Positions 38,801 to 50,046 of a stretch of DNA of 62,960 nucleotides are shown in pieces. Source of the stretch: a virus. Taxonomy: Duplodnaviria > Heunggongvirae > Uroviricota > Caudoviricetes. Both the position numbers and the translations under genes were made by a program. A model generated the notes under the pieces. That model searched no databases and had not been told where the DNA came from. It saw only the letters and a program-made list of their open reading frames with translations. The stretch spans positions 1 through 62,960 of IMG/VR virus record IMGVR_UViG_3300021255_000060, one strand, 5' to 3'. Numbering within the stretch: position 1 is the first letter of the stretch; each line of letters begins with the position of its first letter.

Positions 38801-40209
38801 GAAAAGCAATCGTTTCCTTTAAAGTAAATGTACCAATTGCTAATATTGACAGTTCTCCTAAAGCAAAAGACAAATATAGTGATATTCTCACTGCATTTAA
38901 TGAATTACTTTATATGCCACTTGATTCTGAATCCGCATCTGAAAAATATAATATCGGAAACTGAACAATCGGAAACCTTTTCTTCATTTATAATTTACTT
39001 GTAAATAAAGATCGTGTTGGCGCAAATGCAATGACAAGGTTATTTGAAGATCTTATTTCCTCTGGAAACACAAGTTCGCTGCCTTATATTTATTATAAAT
39101 ACATTAGTGATTTGGATAATGGAAGAATAAAGGTCTTTAATGAAGATGGTTCAATAAACCAAGATGTTTTTGTTGCAAATCTAAATGATCTCAAGTATCG
39201 TCTTTCTGGAACGGCTAGAGCTAGAACTAGATTTGAAATTACTGAAAGTAAATCTGGGAAAGCTGTTACTCAAGTGGAAATTACTGAGGATGTTAATGAA
39301 GCTGGAGAACCAATTAGAATTAATCCTGAAGCAGATGTATTTAAAGTTTCTGACTATATATTAGATTTACCTTTTGCTACAAAACTTGTTGATGACTTAA
39401 AAGGTACCACACATAATAAATATGCGGAAGGATTTAATTCAGAGGATACTGTTTTAGCTAGTTCTAAAACTGTGTTTGATATTTTAACGCAAGAATTAGC
39501 TGATACTTATGGAAAGGAAATTCCAATTGAAGTGCTAACGGAAGAAGAAATGGATATGGAATTCGCAGATAGAACACAAAACGAACGTGATGCTATGAAA
39601 GATGCAACAGGGTTTATAGTAGACGGTAATATCTATTTAAACGGCAGTAAGAATAGTCTTGATGCTCCCATGCATGAAATAATGCACTTTATTGCAGCTG
39701 CTATGAAATTTAGCAAAGACCAAAAGATTAGGAGTAGCTATTATAAACTTCTTGATTGAGTCGCTAACTGATTAGATGGCAAAGTTAAATCTGGAAGTAA
39801 AGAAGATGCAGAATTACGTCAAAAACTTCTTGATAAAACAGGGCAATATGGCAATAGGCATATGTCTGACATTAAAGAGGAAATCCTGGTAACATTACTT
39901 GCTAGAGAATTCAAGAATCGCTTTAATAGTGTTTGGGGTGATTCTAGAATAATTAGTTCTCAATTGGTTCAAGCAAATGTAAAGCAAGTACTTGCTGATG
40001 TACTTAATTCCGATGATATTCTTAGTTTAGATTTTAATGAGCTTGGCAATGCAACATTAGGTTCTGTTCTTAAAAAGTTTGCATCACAGATTTTATCTGT
40101 AGATTCTACATTATTGTCTATGACAATAAATCAAAATCAAGAGATGGCCGATTTAAAGGATCTATTGATTAAAAGCGGCTTTATTGAATTAAGTAAAGAT
40201 TGTTTATAA
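29869..40209 (+). CDS. Virion-packaged two-barrel DNA-dependent RNA polymerase (~3446 aa; ~16 TGA=Trp) with C-terminal zincin-like HExxH
   Basis: One frame to TAA 40207-40209. Motifs QPITYSDK, QDGSGW, HFK(W)AE, RIPSQAMQS, catalytic GSDLDIDK (DLDID at 35998-36012), SATDNAKEL, and HEIMH (39673-39687). Confidence 0.9.
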
Positions 40210-40212
40210 TAT

Positions 40213-43200
40213 ATGGGTTGTGAAGTAACACTAACTGATAAAATAAAACTTAAGGATCGAAAAAGGGCTTTCTCTTCGGAGGAAGCCTTCGATTCTTGGT
40301 TATTTGAAAATAGAGCTGCTATTAGTCAACAATTAGAAGCGTCTGGATTTAAATCTGGTAAAGCAAGTCCTACTTTTGCAATAACTCTTACTCCTGTTGA
40401 TGAAAGAAAAGCAAAATGAGATAAATTTCAATCGGATATGGCAGGACTACATGCTAGAGTCAAAGACAGATCCGGCTTATTTACCGGTGCTGGTATGGAT
40501 AATATTATTACAATGGGAACAACAACTTTATTTAAGTATGTTGGTAATGCTGATGATCCAAATAAGCCTGTTAATGATTTTGACCCTGCTGTACAAAGAA
40601 AGAACTTTGTGGATCGTATGAAAAACAAAGGGCTTTCTGAAGTAGAAGCTGAAAAGAAATGACAAGCAAGAGAAAAAATTCATAAACTTACTACAATTGA
40701 TGGTACGGTTTTTGGTGCTCTTGTTCAAGACGGCCTCACCAATACAACAAAAGATGTTGATGCTCTTAGAAGTAGAAAAGACTTTCAAGACAAATTAAAA
40801 GAAGTTGGCTTAACGACTGACCAATCCATTCAACGTGTAAGTACTATTGCCAATGATGCTATTAAACAAATAAAGTCAGAAATCTTTAGTGAGTATGGAA
40901 GCGATGCTAAAATTTTTACAGAGGTAGAGGTATTTTCAAAATCTCTTAGTAAAGACTTTGCCGCTGCATTAAATGTTGCATCTCTTCATAGTGGAAGAAA
41001 GGAAAAGGCAAACACTGTAAATGGATTCTTAGACATTGTTGTACAAGATGCTTCTGGACAATTATACACGTTTGACGTTAAATTATCTACACATAAAGCC
41101 CAAGATTGATGGTCTCCAAGTACAGAATCGTCTAACTGAAAATATAATGAAATATCTGCACAACAGATGGCTTATGCTACAATGGCTGCTCAATGAGGTA
41201 TTGACTTTCAATCTATTAATATTATTCCTGCTTATATTGAATACGACGATGATGGAAATATCCTATCCATTACAAAAGAGGACTTTAGAACTTTTAGTTT
41301 AACAAATCCTTATGCAATTGCTTGCGAGAGGTACTTTCCAGTTCATACAGTAACTGATTCTAAAGTAATTAGAAATCTTTCTAAATTAATGGAAGAACTT
41401 TATCCAGGTTTACAGCTTGATACGAAAGCACAAACTGTTCAATATACCAAAGATTTCATTATGAATAAACTTGTAAAAGAACGTAATGGAAAATACTGGC
41501 TAAAATTGGATAGTAATTATGATGAAGGTAATTCTTTATTAAATAAGGAGATTTCTTTTAATACTAAAGAAGAAATGGAAACTTTTGTTACAGAAAACTA
41601 TATTCCAAAAATGAATGCTGCTTTCTCTAGTGAACTTCGTAATTTTGCTAAAGATTTTAGACGTATTGCAAATTCTAATAAGTCTAGGCAATCTATTACA
41701 GATGATCTAATGGAAGTTGCTAGAGGTATTACAAAAGATAAATCAAAGCAGGAATGAATTGTCAATAAGTTTAAAAAATATGCAGTGCAACATTGAGATT
41801 TAGTCTCTGATGAAGATAATTTACTTGCGGATTATGGTGTATTTATCTTTAAGAGAAACGGACTTGCTGAAATCGTAATGATTGATAAAACAGATCTTTA
41901 TGCAAAGATTGAATTAGGAAAAGCAAAGAATACAACCGTTCTTGGCAATCTTAAACACGATCTTGATCCAGGAATGGACGATTTAAACGTCATGCAATCT
42001 CTTAGAGGTAATCTTATGCTTATGAAGGCTTTAGCTTTTATTAGTCAGAATGATATGACATTGTTCAATAATGTTCGTGTTCAAGCAATTAAAGCATTGA
42101 ATTTACGTTGAGGACAAGAAATATCTGAAGCCAATGGAAAGCTATTGAATAACTGGAATAGGCTTGTAAGCATTTACAATATAAAAAATGGAGGAGATTC
42201 TTCTAAAACAAAATTAAGAGCACTTAGCGACAGTACTCTTTTGTCTTCTACTTTGTCTTATGTGAATCAGGCAAACGATATTGCTGAAACATTTTTAACG
42301 GATAAAGTTCACTTTAAAGGCCACATGGATAGACTTGGCGCATTTTCAGACGATAGTGCAGAAGACATTCTTCGTTATATGAGAAACCTTGCTGCCGAAT
42401 ATAATGTAACAAAAACAGAAGATTGAAGTATACATACCGATGCGTTTGAAGCGTATAAACTTTTGATGCAAGCATATATGTCAGTGAGAGGTTGAATAAT
42501 GTCTGTTGAAAATGATGTTGGCGACTATATTTCAAATAAAATATTCCTTTCTGGTACACGTTCTTCTTCTCCAGCTGAATCACCATCTATAACACTTCGC
42601 ATTTTTAATCAAATTGAAACCACTTATGAACAAAAGCTTCGCGATGAGTTTAAATCTATTGTGTTCCCTTGACAGAATTTAATGGCAGAAGTATACAAAG
42701 AAAATGGAGGAGACGGTTTGTTTGGAAATGAAAGAAACATGTTTAAGATGTGTTTTGAAAGAGACGCAGATGATAACATAACAAAGGATTTTTGTCTAAT
42801 TCCACCTGAAGAAAATCCATATCTTCAGAACAAACCAAAGCTTAAAGCTCTTGTTCAAATGTTTTTGGAAAAGATAAATGAAATTAGAATTCCAAATGAG
42901 AATGAACGGGAAGCTTTAGCACTTCGCAGAGGTAGTGTTTATTATCAAGTCCCTCTTACAGAAGCAAGTTTTAGACAGCAGGCATTAAACGGAAATCTTT
43001 GAGATGCTATTAAATTAAAAGCACAGAACACATTTAGTGAAGTAAAGAATTTTGCTTATGGGCACCCAATGTCTAACTGGGAAATAAAGCAATTCAATGA
43101 TGTAGGAAAGGATAAAGTTTATGACCCTTATTTAAATATTTCTGATGAAGCACAAACAGTGCGAGCAGAACAGCTTAGTGGAGAAAAGACAGAAAGTGGA

Positions 43201-44865
43201 AGAAAATATTCTGTAGATACTTTTGAAACAAGTCTTGATACAGTTTTCTTAAAAACTATGGCATCGGCTCTCCGTGCAAGAGTTAGTGAGGAATTTATGC
43301 CATTGTTTACTGGAATGCGTGCAATTCTTGCGTTTAATAATAATGTAAATGGCGCAGAGGTTCCCGGTATTACAAAAGCGTTAGATGATTTTATTAAATC
43401 CGCTGTTTTTGGGAAACTTATTATTGAACCGTCCAATCAAACATTATATCATATAATAGGTGTACTTAGAGCCATTACATCTACAACTGCACTAGCCTTT
43501 AATTCTGTCTCTTTTACACGAGAAATGTTGACATCTGCTATTAGAACTAGTATCAATAAGGAAATAGATCCTATTATGAAAGGACAATTCTCTCAGGCAG
43601 ATTACGTCTCTGCGATGTTTGATATTATTGAAAAAGCACCGCAGAATTTAGATGTTAGAAGTAAATATATGCAATTAAATTTCATATATGGTTTAGCTAA
43701 TGCCTCTGAAGAACACTTAGCAAACGCATCTAAATCTAATTGAGCCAATATTGCTAATTGAACAGATGACATTCTTTTCTGAACATCTACTTCTCCAGAT
43801 TTTGTTCATAGAAATGGAATTTTAACAGCGGTTCTTAAACATCGTGGTTCTTGGGACGCATATTATCTAAATGAAGATAATGAGCTTGTATATGATATGA
43901 GCAAAGATAAATTCTATGAAGTTTTCTGAAAGTATAAAGATCGGTATTCTGAAATAATGAATGATAAAATCAAACTTCAATTTAAAGAACAGGAACAGTA
44001 TTACATCAATGCACTTAATGACTGAAATAGAAGTTATGGAATGAATTTAAAGTATGGCGATGAACTTCCACAAGCACTATCTCCTCAAGAAGCGAACGGT
44101 ATAAGAGTTTACGCGGATCACTTATATGGTAACTATGATAGAAACACTAAGTCACTTTTACAAAAAAGCTTGCTTGGTTCTATAGTATTACAATTTAAAA
44201 CTTATACACTTCAACAATTCTTACAAAATGTTAGAGATACTGGCCACATTAATGTAACAAAACAAATTCATCGTAAATCTGATGATGGAGAAAAACTTTA
44301 TTGGAAGGTATCTACAACAATGGAGGATTTTCAAGAACATGGGGCTGGACAAATTCTTAAAGAATCTGAATTAGAAGGAGTTGATATGACAAATGTTGTT
44401 CCATATGTAGAACTCATGGGTAGTCCAACTGGTGGAAAAATTGCTACAGATGTAGAAATGGCTAAAGACATCTTATTTAATCATGATAAATTCCTTGAAA
44501 ACTGAAAAAATCAGGTATATAGAGCTAATTTATACATGTCTCTTATAGATAATCTTGGGATGCTTATTATGGCAATGCTTCTTAGACTTATGTATGGTGA
44601 GGACACGATTAAAGATATTAAGTCTGAAGATTGGTGAACAAGATGAACCTATACTGTTTTAATGGGCGTTGCCCAAGATGGACCAATTGATCAAGTAATC
44701 AATGGCATTATTGGCAATGGTACACCACCTTCAATAGCAACATTACAATCTTTTTATAGAAACGCTTACAACGTTATAACTGGCAATGACTCTGCTATCT
44801 ATGGATTTATGAATTCGTTTGGTGCTACAAGACAATTTACTGGTATGTTTAATAACGTTAGATAA
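40213..44865 (+). CDS. Large virion cargo protein with PD-(D/E)xK nuclease-like domain (~1550 aa; ~20 TGA=Trp)
   Basis: One frame to TAA 44863-44865. GFLDIVV..TFDVK..QQMAY (41023-41175) and PDFVHRNGILTAVLKHRGSWDAY. Confidence 0.8.
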
Positions 44866-44920
44866 AAAAATAAGCCCCGAGTCGCATAAAGCGGCCCGGG
44901 GCAAATTGTTTTATTTATTT
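44864..44920. terminator. Terminator at the convergence of the late (+) and replication (-) modules
   Basis: gccccgagtcgc-ataaa-gcggcccggggc stem (44874-44902). An A-run on the left gives a minus-strand U-tract. T-rich on the right. Confidence 0.8.
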
Positions 44921-45192
44921 TGTAAATTATTTGTAGTAGTGATATTATAAGGTGGAAATGTTAGATTACTACTCCAAGTGTCTGTATGTTTCGTGCTTTC
45001 ATTAGTATTATCATGACTACTATCACTTGTGTTCCATGTTATCCATGGACTAGTATAAGGTTGAATGTACGGTTCTCTTACTGGAACATACTCTATCTTC
45101 TTAATACTAATTGCATTCATTAATTCAAATGCTTCTTCACCACTTATTAAGCCTTTGTCAATAAGGTTTATAATAACTTCTTTAGCTGTCAT
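44911..45192 (-). CDS. Hypothetical protein
   Basis: 93 aa ORF with ATG and TAA, coupled to the upstream gene. Confidence 0.6.
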   Translation of the reverse strand: MTAKEVIINLIDKGLISGEEAFELMNAISIKKIEYVPVREPYIQPYTSPWITWNTSDSSHDNTNESTKHTDTWSSNLTFPPYNITTTNNLQNK

Positions 45193-45415
45193 CGTTCATT
45201 ATTTCTATAACTCGTTGTATAGGAAATGTAGAAAATTTATTTCCTGCATCTACCCAATCTCTTGTTTCTTGTAATAAAATCTTTACATGGTTATCCCATT
45301 TATCTGGCATCGTAGCATTAATAAAAATCATTAAACTTACAGAACATAACATTCCAAGGTAAAAAATACCTGCAGCAATTAATGCTATGAATATAATCCA
45401 AAGTACTGTATACAT
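45182..45415 (-). CDS. Small membrane protein
   Basis: 77 aa with a hydrophobic N-terminal helix (VLWIIFIALIAAGIFYLGMLCSVSLMIFI). Confidence 0.55.
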   Translation of the reverse strand: MYTVLWIIFIALIAAGIFYLGMLCSVSLMIFINATMPDKWDNHVKILLQETRDWVDAGNKFSTFPIQRVIEIMNDDS

Positions 45416-46107
45416 TTGTTTATTTTATTAAATAAGTCTTTTAAGTCTCCATTATTGGTAATTATATAATTAAAAGCATCTTCGTTTAAGAGATCAATCA
45501 CTTCTCTTTCTGAAGAATGTGTTCCAGGCTGTGTTCCAGGACGGTCAATGTATATTGTAATACCTTTACGTTTTTTGATTTCTTCTAATTCTACTCTAAA
45601 CCGTAAATCAGATATAATTAATTTTTCTCTTGTATTTATAGTACAATTTATCCAAAGTTTATCACTTAAGAATTTTCTAAGTACATTGGTTCCACAATAT
45701 TGCATTAATTGTCTTACAGATATCCAATAATCAGATGGGATTGGTTCTCCAGATTTAATATATTTATTAAATTGATTATCAGTTAATGTTTTATCAGGTA
45801 AAGCAATTCCGTTTGTGTAAAGTTCTTGTAATGTATCTAATTGTACATAACAATTTTCTTTGAAGTTTCTGCTTTCAAAAGTTTCTGGTCTAACTTTTAA
45901 TATGATAGCAAGGACTTCTTTTAAAGGTTTAGCAAATGAAGTGATTTTCCACTTCTTGCTAAACCTTATTTTTCTTTTATATCACCAATAAGTTCTAAAA
46001 GGTTTAGGAGTATTTAAAAGATATTCAAACATTGCAGCAGCTTCAGTTTTGCCACTATTCTTTAAACCACCAACTGCTATGATATTAGTTTGTAATGTAG
46101 ATCCCAT
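45385..46107 (-). CDS. Deoxynucleoside monophosphate kinase (1 TGA=Trp)
   Basis: ATG 46107, IIAVGGLKNSGKT P-loop, SFAKPLKE, SVRQLMQYCGT, ISDLRF. In-frame TGA at 45984-45982. Ends TAG. Confidence 0.85.
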
Positions 46108-47075
46108 ATATTCATATGTTTTAGTTCATCAATACTAATGTATTTATCTTGATATGGAAATTCTACAGTAGTATATCTGTTACCAATAATTTTAATTATT
46201 GTCTCTAATTGTAAAGGAGTTATTGTTTTTTCATTATGTTCTGAATCTGGAGTAAATATTTTATCTCCGTGCTGTTTAATCCATTTATTCTTTTCCATCC
46301 ATTCATCTGGATTATTTGATTCTGGAACAATTTGCTGATCCATTAAACGATTAGATATATTAATATGCAGAAAGTTAGCAGCAGTTCCATCCAACCCATA
46401 ATAATCTCCATTCGGGGCAATCCATCCAGCATCATGATATTCCTTTGTAGGAAGAAGTTCACCTAGTTCAGCTATTCTTCTATAAGCATCTGTATATTTT
46501 GATAAAGCTTTTTCTTCTGGAGATTCAAAGTTATCGTTTAACATTTCTTCTTTATAATGATTTAACATTCCTTGAACATAACAAATGTCTTGTAGATCTT
46601 CTCCAAACAAATAGTTCCAACAGTCATTTATTTTTTCAAGAATAGAAATATCATTTATAATATCTTTATATGTTCGGAAGTAACAATTTACATCATCGTT
46701 ATAGTAAAATGGATCTTCATTGTGAATACAATAATTAACAGCATCACTAAATTCTAATGTTATATATCTTATCCTTGTTTTTAAGTTATATATATTAAAA
46801 TCAGTCCATCGTTTTTCAATGTAATCAACTTCTTCTCGCAAGCACTCTGTAATATCTATTGTGTTATTTTCATCCGGTACATCTTCAACATCTCCTCCAA
46901 AATCAGAGTTCATTACAAGTGACTTGTTGCCTAATAAGATATCTGCTATTAACTTTGGCTCTTTTGGAAGTCCTAAAGCATCACACAAGAAAGATTCTGC
47001 ATCGTGTATATTATAATCACATGCTACTTTTTCTCTGGCTATTTTGAGTGTTAAATCTACTAAATCGTTAACCAT
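46077..47075 (-). CDS. Hypothetical protein with GW-x-x-P-x-G motif
   Basis: 332 aa intact ORF. AGWIAPNGDYY is a recurrent phage motif of unknown function. Confidence 0.7.
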   Translation of the reverse strand: MVNDLVDLTLKIAREKVACDYNIHDAESFLCDALGLPKEPKLIADILLGNKSLVMNSDFGGDVEDVPDENNTIDITECLREEVDYIEKRWTDFNIYNLKTRIRYITLEFSDAVNYCIHNEDPFYYNDDVNCYFRTYKDIINDISILEKINDCWNYLFGEDLQDICYVQGMLNHYKEEMLNDNFESPEEKALSKYTDAYRRIAELGELLPTKEYHDAGWIAPNGDYYGLDGTAANFLHINISNRLMDQQIVPESNNPDEWMEKNKWIKQHGDKIFTPDSEHNEKTITPLQLETIIKIIGNRYTTVEFPYQDKYISIDELKHMNIWDLHYKLIS

Positions 47076-47935
47076 AACTTTTCTTTTAGTTCATTTGCAA
47101 GTTTTTGCATGTCTGGATGCGCTGCTTTATCACATCTGAGTTTGAAGAAGCCATTCCAATCATCTTCAAACCCAGTCATAACAACTTCTGTTTTAGTTGC
47201 ATTAGGGAGAACCTCTCTTGCTTCCTGTGGTTTGCAACCAGAATCAATAAGAGTCATATATGCCGCTTCACAATGATCCAAAGCATGAAGAAAATTTAAT
47301 TTTAATGGATCATCGGCAATATCTGATCCAAGGTATATTTTGTCTTCGTCTCCCTGATTATAATTTAACCAATAAGGAATAATATATGTAATTTCACTTC
47401 CAAATTTACCTTTATTATATCCGATGTAGCGTTGAGATTCTTGCATAAAAGAAAATACGCGATGACGCACTAGTTCATGACTTATAGACCTACTACAAAT
47501 AAATCTCACTGTTATTCTTTTTATATGATGAATACTTGGCAAAGAAATATATTGTAAATCCTCTTGCCAATCATTTTCATATATTACTCTTGCGTTAGTT
47601 GTAATATAATACCAAGTATATCCATCTGCAGATACATGATCTACAACTCTAGAGTATGGATTTTTCTTATACCGTTGTATTAAATCAAATACTTCAATGT
47701 AGTTTGGATCGGACAAAGGTGTTCCAATTCTAGCAATAAGATAAATTGTACCATGTTCGAGTGGTGCAGTATGACCTCTACTGATGAGCATATCTACAAA
47801 TTTCTTTGCTGAATCTTCAGTAATTCTATCTTCCGATTTGTAAGAGGTTCTTCCTGCAATTTCAATCTGTTTATATATTCCATCTAATCCTTCAGATTGA
47901 GGAATTATTTCAACAGAGCTATTAATTAATTTCAT
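47060..47935 (-). CDS. thyX: Flavin-dependent thymidylate synthase
   Basis: GHTAPLEH, RSISHELVRHRVFSFMQESQRY, AREVLPNA, FFKLRCDKAAHPDMQ. Confidence 0.95.
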   Translation of the reverse strand: MKLINSSVEIIPQSEGLDGIYKQIEIAGRTSYKSEDRITEDSAKKFVDMLISRGHTAPLEHGTIYLIARIGTPLSDPNYIEVFDLIQRYKKNPYSRVVDHVSADGYTWYYITTNARVIYENDWQEDLQYISLPSIHHIKRITVRFICSRSISHELVRHRVFSFMQESQRYIGYNKGKFGSEITYIIPYWLNYNQGDEDKIYLGSDIADDPLKLNFLHALDHCEAAYMTLIDSGCKPQEAREVLPNATKTEVVMTGFEDDWNGFFKLRCDKAAHPDMQKLANELKEKLWLTI

Positions 47936-48185
47936 TCTTTACTATTTTACATGTACCATCCCAGAAATCTCCGCAGATGAGAAATCCAGTATCTTTTCCA
48001 GATTCAAAGTATATTCTTCCACTATAAAATCCAGCACCAGGATCTGCATCAAAATCTGATATATCATATCCAAATTCTTCTAGTACTTGTCTTACTTGGC
48101 CAAATGGAAAATCACTCAAATCAAGCTCCTGAGGACCATCTCTCAGGAGTTGTTCTAACTGATATTTTATACTAGGAAATATCAT
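47922..48185 (-). CDS. Hypothetical protein
   Basis: 87 aa ORF in a tightly packed operon. Confidence 0.6.
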   Translation of the reverse strand: MIFPSIKYQLEQLLRDGPQELDLSDFPFGQVRQVLEEFGYDISDFDADPGAGFYSGRIYFESGKDTGFLICGDFWDGTCKIVKNEIN

Positions 48186-48411
48186 ATTCTAAAAAATTAA
48201 CATCTATATCAAATCCAAAGAAATCAAAGCATAAACAATCTAATATTTGCAATCTTAACCAGTCAAACATCTCTTCACTACTTTGAAATTTTACATTTGC
48301 ATTTACTCTATATTCTAGAACATCTGATTCAAATTTAATATCACATATATTAAGAACCAGTTTATATTTTACCCAAATATTGTGTTCGTCATACGGTGCC
48401 ATATTAATCAT
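48172..48411 (-). CDS. Hypothetical protein
   Basis: 79 aa ORF overlapping its neighbours. Confidence 0.55.
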   Translation of the reverse strand: MINMAPYDEHNIWVKYKLVLNICDIKFESDVLEYRVNANVKFQSSEEMFDWLRLQILDCLCFDFFGFDIDVNFLEYDIS

Positions 48412-48574
48412 CTATTTTAGTTAATATACATTCATACCCCATTTTATAAGGATATGCTTTTTCTATTTGTGTTTGTGCATCGAATTTATCTCTTGCACTA
48501 ATCCATTCTTTAAAATCATCTAACAATTCGTGATGATTGTTATATTTTGAAATTATAAATGTAAATTTTGGCAT
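48404..48574 (-). CDS. Small hypothetical protein, 56 aa (not in track)
   Basis: MPKFTFIISKYNNHHELLDDFKEWISARDKFDAQTQIEKAYPYKMGYECILTKIDD. Fills the gap exactly. Confidence 0.6.
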   Translation of the reverse strand: MPKFTFIISKYNNHHELLDDFKEWISARDKFDAQTQIEKAYPYKMGYECILTKIDD

Positions 48575-48575
48575 A

Positions 48576-48719
48576 TTATCCAATTAAAATATATTGCCAT
48601 CCATCTTGCTGTGGATACTCATTAGAGATAATATCCAAAGCTTCATCTTCACTAAATGCATTCACATCTAATAAAAATTCACATTCTCCAAGACGAACGA
48701 AAAAATTATAAGTTCTCAT
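48576..48719 (-). CDS. Small hypothetical protein, 47 aa (not in track)
   Basis: MRTYNFFVRLGECEFLLDVNAFSEDEALDIISNEYPQQDGWQYILIG. Similar to the neighbouring 56-aa ORF. Confidence 0.6.
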   Translation of the reverse strand: MRTYNFFVRLGECEFLLDVNAFSEDEALDIISNEYPQQDGWQYILIG

Positions 48720-49113
48720 GGTATTTTTCATAAAAACGTCTTATGACATCTTCTCCAACTGGACGTTCTCTCAAAGCATCTCTTCTAATACATTCCTCAA
48801 CATCAGTAGAAATTAATTTATAATCTACCTCTGCATTATATTGTTTAGCAATTGCTTTTAATTTATTAATCTTTTTAGGATTTAAATTTGTATCATCAAC
48901 AATTACATTATATTTTTGATTAAATGCATAAGTTATTGATGTAAGTTCGATTTGTTCAACAAGTTTTTCTTTATTAAAATCACTTGTTACCAACATACTT
49001 CTAATATCATCCAAATTAACTCTTACATACGTTGGATCTTGTTTAACCATCTTTTTTGCAAGTGTTGACTTACCTGCTCCAGGAAGTCCAGCAAGAATAA
49101 TCATCTTAGCCAT
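48706..49113 (-). CDS. Polynucleotide-kinase-like P-loop kinase (AAA_33), kinase domain only
   Basis: AGLPGAGKSTLAK, VRVNLDDIR, VIVDDTNLN, ECIRRDALRERPVGEDVI. Confidence 0.85.
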   Translation of the reverse strand: MAKMIILAGLPGAGKSTLAKKMVKQDPTYVRVNLDDIRSMLVTSDFNKEKLVEQIELTSITYAFNQKYNVIVDDTNLNPKKINKLKAIAKQYNAEVDYKLISTDVEECIRRDALRERPVGEDVIRRFYEKYHENL

Positions 49114-49756
49114 TTTGAATAATCTTTTTTATTTTGTCTCTACGTAAAAGATCGTCTGTATACTTTTTGAATATAGTCAATTCCTCATTTAAGTAATCGT
49201 CAAACTTATTTAAATCGTATTCGTTTGCAGTGACTATGTTTCTATAATCTTCTGCAAGACATTTAAAGTTTACAATCTTATGATTTTCTATGATTTGATT
49301 TGAAAACTTTACTAATTTAAATAAATTAAACAATTCTTGTTGTGCAGAAATTATTGCTCCCTGTTTAAGAAGTTCTTTATATCTGTTTCTACACAATTGG
49401 TTTTCATATTCATAGCTTTTTCTAAGTTGAAGTGGATTTGTTTGTAGTAACAATTTTACATATTCTTTATGAATAAATTTTTTTGGCAAACAAGCACATT
49501 CCCAACCAAGCATTGAGCCATTCATTACAATTGGAAACCAGTTTTTAATTTCCACTCCGAGAAAATGATTATTTTCATCAAATGCCTCCAATTTAAATGT
49601 TGCAACATTTGAAAAATCTTGTGGACAATAGTCGTTTTCACAAATGACTATGAATTCTCTATTGTCCACATTTTTAAATAATCCGAATATTTGTAATCCA
49701 ACTTCATAGATATACAAGACTTTAGGATCTTCAATTAATTTTTCAAGTAATCCCAT
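49106..49756 (-). CDS. Hypothetical protein, possibly a degenerate nucleotidyltransferase fold
   Basis: 216 aa. VLYIYEVGLQIFG..DNREFIVI resembles the GS..YG..SDxD signature without the catalytic residues. Confidence 0.45.
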   Translation of the reverse strand: MGLLEKLIEDPKVLYIYEVGLQIFGLFKNVDNREFIVICENDYCPQDFSNVATFKLEAFDENNHFLGVEIKNWFPIVMNGSMLGWECACLPKKFIHKEYVKLLLQTNPLQLRKSYEYENQLCRNRYKELLKQGAIISAQQELFNLFKLVKFSNQIIENHKIVNFKCLAEDYRNIVTANEYDLNKFDDYLNEELTIFKKYTDDLLRRDKIKKIIQNG

Positions 49757-50046
49757 TATACACCAAAAGTATTAAGTAGTTCTTCCAAAGTTTCGCTATC
49801 TCTACTTTGAATCTTGTTTATAAGTTGGGACATGGTTTCTTTATCTACTTTATATGAATTTGTAAACAGATTTTTAGAATCTTCATCAATAGAAATATAA
49901 ACTAATCCAACAAATTTATGTGGATCTATTTGTAGATAATGTGTACTATTATTAAGTGTAATTTTATTCCCAATCTTACTAGTACATCTCCATTCTCTAA
50001 GTGCTAAATCACAAAGAGACATCATTCTATCTTTTATTTGTTTCAT
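49756..50046 (-). CDS. Hypothetical protein
   Basis: 96 aa with TAATG coupling on both sides. Confidence 0.6.
   Translation of the reverse strand: MKQIKDRMMSLCDLALREWRCTSKIGNKITLNNSTHYLQIDPHKFVGLVYISIDEDSKNLFTNSYKVDKETMSQLINKIQSRDSETLEELLNTFGV

Noticed and set aside
3545-44865. Fragmented late genes as pseudogenes, frameshifts or sequencing errors
   Set aside because: Fragments stay in one frame, are broken only by TGA (never TAA/TAG), and keep intact catalytic motifs.
109-44865. Minus-strand and off-frame track ORFs over the late module (e.g. 275-577, 10758-11033, 28071-28586, 34818-35150)
   Set aside because: They are shadows of long + strand genes, have no recognisable motifs, and lack promoter or terminator support.
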